From NCBI GenBank assembly GCA_020724845.1, contig DYGE01000006.1:1-51570 (forward strand): a stretch of 51,570 nt of DNA, written 5' to 3'. The translations under genes were made by a program, and so were the position numbers. Below the pieces are notes generated by a model. It ran no database searches. It had not been told where the DNA came from and saw only the letters and a program-made list of their open reading frames with translations. Positions 8,777-16,459 of the stretch are shown here, in pieces. Every line of letters starts with the position of its first letter. Positions within the stretch are counted from its first letter, which is position 1. The stretch is from Candidatus Paceibacter sp. GTDB lineage: Bacteria; Patescibacteriota; Minisyncoccia; UBA6257; 02-FULL-45-10c.

Positions 8777-10123
8777 ATGAAGCTAACTTTTTACGGTGGA
8801 GTGAAAGAGGTTACCGGCGCTAACTATTTACTGGAAAGCGGCGATACGAAGATTTTAATTGATTGCGGGCTTCACCAAAGCGGAAGTTTTTGTGAGGAGC
8901 ATAACTGGGATCCTTTTAAATATAATCCCAATGGTATTGCCGCGGTTTTTCCGACTCACGCGCATATAGATCATACCGGTAGATTGCCAAAATTGGTAAA
9001 GGAAGGGTTTGTCGGAAAAGTATATTCCACGCCTCCTACCAAAGATTTTGCCAATTTGCTACTTTTAGATTCCGAGCATATTTTGTTGCAGGAGGCAGAA
9101 AAAAAGAATAAGCCGCCGCTTTACGGCGTGAGGGAGATTGAGGAATTAATGGCCAACTGGGAAGCGGTTCCGTATCATCAGGAAATTTCAGTTGGTCCTT
9201 TCAAGGTAACATTTTACAATGCCGGACATATTCTTGGCTCAAGTATTATTTTGGTGGAGGCAGAGGGTAGGCGGATCGCTTTTAGCGGTGATTTGGGTAA
9301 TAGTCCCGCTCCTATCATTGGTCCTTATGAAAAATTAGAAAATTTGGATGTTGATTATTGCGTTGTTGAATCTACCTATGGAAACCGGTTGCACAAGAAA
9401 ATTCCGGAAGGAATAGTGGAAGACGTCATTGAAGAGACGGTAAAAGCCGGCGGCGCGCTGATGATACCCGCGTTTGCGATGGAACGAACTCAAAAACTTC
9501 TTTTTGAAATGAATGAATTGGTGGAAAACGGGCGAGTTCCGCGAGTTCCGATATTTTTAGACAGTCCGCTGGCCATCAAGTTGACCGATGTCTACAAAAA
9601 GCACCGGAATTATTTTGATGAGGCGACAATGCATTTATTAAGCAAAGATAGGGCCTTGTTTGAATTTCCCGGGCTCAAAAAAACTCTTACCACCCAAGAA
9701 TCCAAGGGAATTAACGAGGTTCCTACGCCGAAAGTCATTATTGCCGGTTCCGGTATGTCGCAGGGAGGAAGGATCTTGCATCACGAAAAGAGGTATTTGC
9801 CGGACCCAAAGAGCACTATTTTATTTGTGGGTTATCAGGCAAAAAATTCGCTTGGGAGGAGAATCCAAGAAGGCAACGAAAAAGTGAAAATTCACGGCGA
9901 GGAGATTCCTGTTAAATGCCGCCGGGTGTCTATTGAAGGTTATTCCGCGCACGCGGATCAAAATCAACTTTTGGAATGGCTTAAGCCAATGCGCTTTGGT
10001 CTGAAAAAAGTTTTTGCCATGCAGGGAGAGGAAGAAGCCAGCGATGCTTTAGTCAAAAAAATAATAGACGATTTGGCGGTAAGCGCGGAAATTCCGGAAG
10101 AAAATAAAGCTTACGAACTGTAA
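8777..10123 (+). CDS. Metallo-beta-lactamase/beta-CASP ribonuclease (YSH1/TTHA0252-like)
   Basis: HAHIDH, AGHILGS, SGDLG, ESTYG, AGSGM..GGRI, YSAHAD. Confidence 0.92.
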   Translation: MKLTFYGGVKEVTGANYLLESGDTKILIDCGLHQSGSFCEEHNWDPFKYNPNGIAAVFPTHAHIDHTGRLPKLVKEGFVGKVYSTPPTKDFANLLLLDSEHILLQEAEKKNKPPLYGVREIEELMANWEAVPYHQEISVGPFKVTFYNAGHILGSSIILVEAEGRRIAFSGDLGNSPAPIIGPYEKLENLDVDYCVVESTYGNRLHKKIPEGIVEDVIEETVKAGGALMIPAFAMERTQKLLFEMNELVENGRVPRVPIFLDSPLAIKLTDVYKKHRNYFDEATMHLLSKDRALFEFPGLKKTLTTQESKGINEVPTPKVIIAGSGMSQGGRILHHEKRYLPDPKSTILFVGYQAKNSLGRRIQEGNEKVKIHGEEIPVKCRRVSIEGYSAHADQNQLLEWLKPMRFGLKKVFAMQGEEEASDALVKKIIDDLAVSAEIPEENKAYEL

Positions 10124-10168
10124 CGATAACAATGACAATCGTGGTATAATTAGAAGAACACTAGTAAT

Positions 10169-10765
10169 ATGGCGGTAAAACTTACTCGCAGGCAGCATTT
10201 AAAATACAAGATCTGCGTTTCAGGAGCGGCTGATACCGGCCACTGCGCTATTGACGCGCATGAAAAGGCGGAGCAGATAGGCAGAGAAATAGCTAGGCGC
10301 GATATGGTTTTGGTGACTGGGGCTACAGTCGGAATACCTTACTGGGCGGCTAAGGGTGCCAAGGAAGAGGGCGGTATTGTCATCGGCCTTTCTCCGGCTT
10401 CGTCTGAAGCCGCGCATACCAAAAGCTACAAACTCCCAACCGATTATCACGATCTCATTGTCTATACCGGCTTTGAGTACTCGGGCAGAAACCTTCTCTT
10501 AACCCGGTCGGCGGACGCGGTAATTAGCATTTGCGGCAGAATGGGCACTTTAAATGAGTTCACTATCGCCTTTGAGGACAATAAGCCGATTGGAGTTTTA
10601 GAAGGAACCGGCGGCGCGGCAGATGAAATAAGAGAACTGGTCAAAAAAATGCACCGCGGCCCAGGGAGGATCGTTTATGCTTCTGATCCTAAAGAGTTAC
10701 TAGATCTTTTGATTGAGGAAATTGAGTCCGGTAAAAAGTTATCAAAACAAATTAAAAGCGATTAA
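10169..10765 (+). CDS. LOG-family Rossmann-fold nucleotide-binding protein
   Basis: LVTGA..G.P..AAKGA...GG, GRN....SADAVI, GTLNE. Confidence 0.8.
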   Translation: MAVKLTRRQHLKYKICVSGAADTGHCAIDAHEKAEQIGREIARRDMVLVTGATVGIPYWAAKGAKEEGGIVIGLSPASSEAAHTKSYKLPTDYHDLIVYTGFEYSGRNLLLTRSADAVISICGRMGTLNEFTIAFEDNKPIGVLEGTGGAADEIRELVKKMHRGPGRIVYASDPKELLDLLIEEIESGKKLSKQIKSD

Positions 10766-10768
10766 AAA

Positions 10769-11065
10769 ATGATTAAAAAATTATTAAAAGCGCTTGGTTT
10801 TTCTAAAAAAGTTCCAAGAAAAGATAAGCCGGTTGGGGAAGTGACCCATTATTACGGCAATTTAGGCGTGGCCATCGTTAAGTTCAATCAGAATATTCCG
10901 CTTGGAAAAAATGTAACCTTTCAGGGCCATACGACCGACTTCTCCCAAAATCTTGAATCTATGGAGTATGACCGCAAGCCGGTCAACGCCGCCCCTAAAG
11001 GAAAAGAAGTTGGTGTGAAGGTGAAGAAAAGAGTCAGAGAAGGAGATAGGGTATACTCTAATTAA
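10769..11065 (+). CDS. Small beta-barrel 'translation elongation factor-like' protein
   Basis: VGEVTHYYGNLGVA...GHTTDF.Q...SME...A.KG.EVGVKV..RVREGD.VY. Confidence 0.75.
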   Translation: MIKKLLKALGFSKKVPRKDKPVGEVTHYYGNLGVAIVKFNQNIPLGKNVTFQGHTTDFSQNLESMEYDRKPVNAAPKGKEVGVKVKKRVREGDRVYSN

Positions 11066-11094
11066 AATTATTCTAATTAACCTAAAAAATCCCA

Positions 11095-11565
11095 ATGACT
11101 ATAGATCCAGGGACATTAGAAATATTTGGCCAACTGTTTTTGGCTACTATATTGGGACTTTCGATCGGAATTGAAAGGGAAATAGCCAATAAGTTTGCCG
11201 GTATGAGAACTCACTCTTTGGTGACTATGGGAGCTACTTTGTTTACTATTGCTTCCGCGTCATTTGGCAGCACTCCTTTTGTGGACCCTACAAGGATTGC
11301 GGCTCAAATTGTAACCGGCATCGGCTTTTTGGGCGCCGGGCTTATCTTTTTTCACCGATCGCGAGTTCATGGCCTTACTACCGCCGCCGGCGTTTGGGTG
11401 GCGGCCGCAATCGGCATGGCGGTAGGGTTTAAACTTTACGCGATTTCAATTTTCGCGACCGTACTCACGATTCTGGTTTTTGTGGTGTTATGGCCTATAG
11501 AAGAAAAGTTTATCAAAAGATTTTCTGCTTACAGCGATGGAGACGATTCCACTTTAGATGACTAA
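11095..11565 (+). CDS. MgtC/SapB family membrane protein
   Basis: IGIERE...AGMRTH, DPTRIAAQIVTGIGFLGAG, GLTTAA. Confidence 0.93.
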   Translation: MTIDPGTLEIFGQLFLATILGLSIGIEREIANKFAGMRTHSLVTMGATLFTIASASFGSTPFVDPTRIAAQIVTGIGFLGAGLIFFHRSRVHGLTTAAGVWVAAAIGMAVGFKLYAISIFATVLTILVFVVLWPIEEKFIKRFSAYSDGDDSTLDD

Positions 11566-12697
11566 CTTTTACAGGGCAGTCCTCTTGCCGGCCAGTATAC
11601 TTTCCGGGATTATTATCGGGGCCGGGGTTTTCTCCCTGCCTTTTGTCTTTGAAAAAAGCGGGCTGGGTCTCGGATTTCTGGTGCTGTTGTTTTCGTCAGC
11701 AATCATGGCCGTTTTGTATCTAATGTACGCGGATGTTGCGGTGAGAACTCCCGGGAATCATAGATTTGTCGGTTACGCCCAAATCTATATGGGAGAAAAC
11801 TCCTTTTGGCTGACGATTTTTATGACAGTCGTGGAGATGCTGTTTTCTCTGACAATTTATCTAATACTGGGAGTCAGTTTTTTTACTTTAATAAACGGCC
11901 TATCGCCAATCAAAAGCTTGTTGCTTTTTTGGGCCGTGGGTTCGGCCATAATTTTTTTAAAGATTAAGAAAGTTGCCACAGTGGAATTCTTGATTAATTT
12001 GGGGATTTTAGCGATTATCGCGCTAATTTTTTTATTTGGCCTTCCCGGAGCCGATCTTTCTAAGCTTAATGACTTCAATTGGCATAATTTAATTTTGCCG
12101 TTCGGGCCAATCCTATTCGCCTTAGCCGGCAGGTCGGCTATTCCGGAGATGAAGGCGTATTTTCAAGAAGAAAAAATCCCAATCTCCTACATGAAAAAAG
12201 CGATCATACTCGGAACTTTTTTTCCGGCAATTTTATATTTTTTGTTTGTCTTAGGAATAATCGGTCTTTCCGGGGTGGTGGCAGAAGACGCGGTTTCTGC
12301 CTTACTCGGCAGAGTGCCGGATTGGTTCTTAGCTGTGGTGGGCGCGCTTGGCCTGCTGTCTTTGTGGGGCTCTTATATCGTTTTGGGATTAAACGTCAAA
12401 GAAATCCTGTTTTTTGATTTGAAGATAAAGGAATTTATATCCGGGCTGCTTGTGGTTTTCCTGCCAATTGTTCTGTATTTTTCCGGATTCACTAACTTTA
12501 TCGGATTAGTCTCTCTGGTGGGCGGGCTGTTTTTGTCTCTAGAGGGAATCTTGATAATTATTATTTGGCTAAGAATGAACAGATCCGTTTCCGCTCCGCC
12601 CATTTTCATAAAACGGGAGAATTTTGTTACAATAGTAGTAATACTTTTGATATTTTCACTTGTATTCGCAAACGAACTAACCAATTTATTTTTTTAG
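11558..12697 (+). CDS. Amino-acid permease (aromatic amino acid/HAAAP-like)
   Basis: GIIIGAGVFSLP motif and about 11 hydrophobic segments. Confidence 0.8.
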   Translation: MTNFYRAVLLPASILSGIIIGAGVFSLPFVFEKSGLGLGFLVLLFSSAIMAVLYLMYADVAVRTPGNHRFVGYAQIYMGENSFWLTIFMTVVEMLFSLTIYLILGVSFFTLINGLSPIKSLLLFWAVGSAIIFLKIKKVATVEFLINLGILAIIALIFLFGLPGADLSKLNDFNWHNLILPFGPILFALAGRSAIPEMKAYFQEEKIPISYMKKAIILGTFFPAILYFLFVLGIIGLSGVVAEDAVSALLGRVPDWFLAVVGALGLLSLWGSYIVLGLNVKEILFFDLKIKEFISGLLVVFLPIVLYFSGFTNFIGLVSLVGGLFLSLEGILIIIIWLRMNRSVSAPPIFIKRENFVTIVVILLIFSLVFANELTNLFF

Positions 12698-12700
12698 AGC

Positions 12701-13273
12701 ATGCCTAGTATAAAGACGAGAAAATCAAAAAAAAGAAATGGCGCGCCTAAACAGCCGGGCAGGAAGAACGACGAGCAAAGAAGGCTCGGATTTAAACATC
12801 CGAGATTTAAGAATGATTTGCAGGAATTTCCAAGGGGCGCCAAGGGCTTGATTTTTTGTAGTGATTGCGGCGCGGTTTACAGAAAAAAATCCTGGCGGCA
12901 CAGTCTATTAAACGTTAAGCCTCCTAAAATAAGCTCTCAAGTAGGTTTTAAGCTCTGTCCGGCTTGCAAAATGATTCGAAATAATCAATTCGAGGGAGAG
13001 GTGACGATAGTCAATGTGCCGACGAAACTGAAGGCGGAATTGAATAATTTTATCAAAGGTTATTGTCTGCGCGCCTATCAGCGAGATCCGATGGATCGGC
13101 TGATAAAGATCAAAAATGAGGGAAATTCAGTGATTGTCACCGTAACCGAAAATCAGTTAGCCAACAAACTTGGCAAGAAGATAAAAAACCTTTTCAATAA
13201 CACAAAAGTCAAAACGACTTTTGCCGAAATTCCCAAGGATGTTTCCAGAGTTAGGGTTGAATTTACCAAATAA
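12701..13273 (+). CDS. BCAM0308/NMD3-like zinc-ribbon protein
   Basis: CSDCGAVY..KSW, LCPACKMI...FEG.V, DPMDR, TVTENQLA.KLGKKI. Confidence 0.7.
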   Translation: MPSIKTRKSKKRNGAPKQPGRKNDEQRRLGFKHPRFKNDLQEFPRGAKGLIFCSDCGAVYRKKSWRHSLLNVKPPKISSQVGFKLCPACKMIRNNQFEGEVTIVNVPTKLKAELNNFIKGYCLRAYQRDPMDRLIKIKNEGNSVIVTVTENQLANKLGKKIKNLFNNTKVKTTFAEIPKDVSRVRVEFTK

Positions 13274-13275
13274 AA

Positions 13276-13722
13276 ATGAGAGTAATGATTAAATTTCTCT
13301 CCCAGCTTTTTTTTATTAGCTTTCTGCTTAATTTTGTTTGGGAAATTACGCAGATGCCGCTTTACAGTGAAATGGGGATGGGAATCCGTTCCGATTATTT
13401 GGAATTCCTGCGCATTCATTGGGAAGTAACGGCAAAAGACGCGTTGATGGTGGTGACCGTGTTTTTGTTAATAGCGATCGTTTTGAGAAATTGGCATTGG
13501 GCAAATAGCTGGAATAAGGGCTGGATAATGCTCTGGACAGCGCTTCCGCTCTGGCAGGGAATTGTAGAATATTATTCGATATACGTATTTTATCGCTGGG
13601 CGCCGGCGGAAATTATGCCGCTTTTATTCGGGGTGCCGGTATCCCCGCTTTTGCAGATGCTTATTTTGCCAAGCGCGGCTATTCTACTTTCTCGTCACTT
13701 ACTGACAGATGATCAGGATTAG
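13276..13722 (+). CDS. Hypothetical membrane protein
   Basis: Four hydrophobic segments, LNFVWE..Q.PLY motif; tight operon spacing. Confidence 0.7.
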   Translation: MRVMIKFLSQLFFISFLLNFVWEITQMPLYSEMGMGIRSDYLEFLRIHWEVTAKDALMVVTVFLLIAIVLRNWHWANSWNKGWIMLWTALPLWQGIVEYYSIYVFYRWAPAEIMPLLFGVPVSPLLQMLILPSAAILLSRHLLTDDQD

Positions 13723-14620
13723 AAAAAATGTTCCTCTAAAGCCGATTTCCACTTTTAAAATTGGCGGACGCGGCAGATATTTCTGCGAGATCAAAAACGA
13801 CAGCGAGCTTGCCGAAGCAATCGTGAAAGCGAAAGAATTGGGTTTGCCATATAGAATTATTGCCGGCGGAAGCAATGTAGTTTTCCCAGATAAACTGCTT
13901 AATTGTCTTTTGGTGAAAATAAAAAGCGACAAACTAAAATTTTTAGATGGCGAGATAATTGTCGATGCCGGTGTTTCGCTATCGCGCGTGATAACGGCAG
14001 CCAATAACCGAGGCCTGCGCGGGCTGGAAACTTTGGCGGGTATTCCGGGAACTATCAGCGGCGCGATCGTTGGGAATGCAGGGGCATATGGGCAGTCAAT
14101 CTCAAGCGCTGTTGAGAGGGTGGAAATTTTTTTCGATGATCAGAAGCGCTGGTTGACCAATCGGGAATGCGATTTCTCATATCGCGAGAGCGTCTTCAAA
14201 AATAATCCCTATATAGTCCTACGCGCGGTTTTGAAACTCAAGAAAGGCAGCAGTAAAAATCTAAAGAAAATTTCCCGCGATATCATCAAAAACCGCCTCA
14301 AAAAATATAAGCCGGGATTAAAATGTCCGGGGAGCTTCTTTAAAAACATTTTAGTGAACAAAATTTCCAAAGAATCGCTGGCTCTGGTTGATAAAAACAA
14401 GATTATTGACGGGAAAATACCGGCCGGTTACCTACTAGAGGAAGTTGGCGCAAAAGGAATGCGGCTTGGCGGGATTAAAATTGCGGATTTTCACGCCAAT
14501 TTGTTTTTGAATACGGGCAAGGCAAAAGCCGGCGACGTAAAAAAGTTGGCAAATATTCTAAAAAAACGAGTACAGAAAAAATTTCGAATATCCCTGGAAG
14601 AGGAGGTCCGTTATTTTTGA
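13709..14620 (+). CDS. murB: UDP-N-acetylenolpyruvoylglucosamine reductase
   Basis: TFKIGG, GGSNV, GIPGT..GA..GNAGAYG, FSYRES, GSFFKN, HAN, LEEEV. Confidence 0.95.
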   Translation: MIRIRKNVPLKPISTFKIGGRGRYFCEIKNDSELAEAIVKAKELGLPYRIIAGGSNVVFPDKLLNCLLVKIKSDKLKFLDGEIIVDAGVSLSRVITAANNRGLRGLETLAGIPGTISGAIVGNAGAYGQSISSAVERVEIFFDDQKRWLTNRECDFSYRESVFKNNPYIVLRAVLKLKKGSSKNLKKISRDIIKNRLKKYKPGLKCPGSFFKNILVNKISKESLALVDKNKIIDGKIPAGYLLEEVGAKGMRLGGIKIADFHANLFLNTGKAKAGDVKKLANILKKRVQKKFRISLEEEVRYF

Positions 14621-14685
14621 TTTTACAGGCATTCTGTTTTGGTGTATCATGTAGCCAGCGAAACTTGATAATCAGATGCCAGTAG

Positions 14686-16017
14686 ATGAATCTAGTTAGG
14701 GCTTGTCTGCGGGTGATTGGAAAATGGTGGTGGCTGATAAAGCGTTTGCTGGTATATGTGCCGCTCGCTGGTCTTGTTTTTCTTGCTCACCTTCTGATAA
14801 CCAAATACTTGTTTGTTTTAGTGTATCTATTCAACTTCCCTACTCCTACGGAGCTTACCCCCAAGCTGCCAAATTACAGCATCGCGCAATTCGGCGCTCC
14901 GATAAAAGCCGGATTCGCCAAGCGCGACATTACGCCGCGGCGCGGGCAGTGGGTGGCCGGTTTCATGCCCCCGCATCCTGGTCTTAGTATAAAAGATCGG
15001 CTTTGGGCGAAGTTTTTGGCCTTACAAGACGAAAATGGCAATATTGCAGTTATTGTTTCCAATGATGTTATTGGGAATACTCCCGATGAATTGGATAAGA
15101 TATTCTCCAAGGTTAAATTAGTTGATCGTAAGAATGTTTTTGTAAGCGCTACGCATACCCATTCCGGGCCTGATACTATGGGGCTCTGGATTTGGAAGAA
15201 CAGCCGGTATATGGAAATGCATCGCTCTCAAGTTGCCGAAGGGATTGATGACGCGGTTGCGGCGCTTCAGCCGGCAGCGATCCGTTTCGGGCAGGGGGAA
15301 TTCAAGGGATACGCAAACGGCCGGCATGATAATCCGCCAGACCCGACGGTTTCGGTGATTCAGGTCCTAATTGGCAGTTCTCCGGTCACGCTGGTGAACT
15401 TTGCTTCTCACGCTGATGCGGTTATGGGCCTTCAGTTTTCCGCCGATTTTCCTTACTTTCTGGCCGAGAGATTAAAGCGGCGAGTTGGCGGAGAGACGAT
15501 CTTTATTCCCGGCGCTATCGGCGGCGTTCAGCCGGATTTTGACCGCAAAACCAAATTTTACTTTGTCAGGACGCTTGGAGAAGACCTTGCGGACGCGGTG
15601 GTGAAGATTATGAAAAATCCGCTGACGGTGGATCGAGTGGACATCGGCTCAAAGACGGAAATGGTCAGCGCGCCGTTTGAAAATACCGGCCTGCTTCTGA
15701 AAGCTTATGAGTACGGATTGGTTAATGATCTGCTGAGGGACGGAAGGGTTTGGGCGGAGGTTAGTCGGATCAATATCGGTCCGGCCGAGATTCTAACGGC
15801 GCCCGGAGAACTCTTTCCTAAAATCTGGTGGAGAGTCAGGCCGGAAATGACCGGCAAGCAGAAAATGATTTTCGGACTGACTAACGGGGAGTTCGGCTAT
15901 ATTCTTCTTCCGGAGGATACGGCATCCGGCCATCATAAGTACTGCGTGAGCGTGTCGGTCGGCCCGACTTTTGGGGAAGAGATCTACAAAGCTCTAAAGA
16001 GGTTAGCCTCTGAATAA
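14686..16017 (+). CDS. Neutral/alkaline ceramidase-like amidohydrolase with N-terminal membrane anchor
   Basis: AGFAKRDITP, SATHTHSGP, NFASH, SADFP, PGELF, GYILLP. Confidence 0.75.
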   Translation: MNLVRACLRVIGKWWWLIKRLLVYVPLAGLVFLAHLLITKYLFVLVYLFNFPTPTELTPKLPNYSIAQFGAPIKAGFAKRDITPRRGQWVAGFMPPHPGLSIKDRLWAKFLALQDENGNIAVIVSNDVIGNTPDELDKIFSKVKLVDRKNVFVSATHTHSGPDTMGLWIWKNSRYMEMHRSQVAEGIDDAVAALQPAAIRFGQGEFKGYANGRHDNPPDPTVSVIQVLIGSSPVTLVNFASHADAVMGLQFSADFPYFLAERLKRRVGGETIFIPGAIGGVQPDFDRKTKFYFVRTLGEDLADAVVKIMKNPLTVDRVDIGSKTEMVSAPFENTGLLLKAYEYGLVNDLLRDGRVWAEVSRINIGPAEILTAPGELFPKIWWRVRPEMTGKQKMIFGLTNGEFGYILLPEDTASGHHKYCVSVSVGPTFGEEIYKALKRLASE

Positions 16018-16102
16018 TTTATTCTCCGGGTTTTAAGCCCGGATTTTATTTTTTTGAAATGCCGCCACTGCCCGATTTCTTGCTATAATAAAGGTAACTT
16101 CT

Positions 16103-16459
16103 ATGAAGTATCTCAACATATCATTAATATATATTTTCAATCACCTCCTGGAGAGGATTTTAGATTTTTTCCGCCATTGGTATCTTGATGGTTTTTTGAA
16201 GGCGACTCACTGGTCTTTGAATATACTCGAGCGTTTTGACAGGGTTTTCGCGCTTAGAATAACCGTTAAAAATTGGCTTCAGCCGCTTTACCAGGATTAT
16301 ACGATCATCGGCTATCTTTGGGGCTTTCTCTTCAGAACTGTCAGAATTTTTTCCGGCCTCATTATTTACGCGATTTTTGTCTTATTATCATCCGCCACTT
16401 TTCTTGTTTGGGCCTCGATCCCGATTTATGTGATCTATCAGATTTTTTCAAATTTATGA
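16103..16459 (+). CDS. Small membrane protein translationally coupled to the Clp ATPase
   Basis: FF.HWY...QPLYQDY.IIG...GF..R pattern; its stop overlaps the ATG at 16456. Confidence 0.75.
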   Translation: MKYLNISLIYIFNHLLERILDFFRHWYLDGFLKATHWSLNILERFDRVFALRITVKNWLQPLYQDYTIIGYLWGFLFRTVRIFSGLIIYAIFVLLSSATFLVWASIPIYVIYQIFSNL

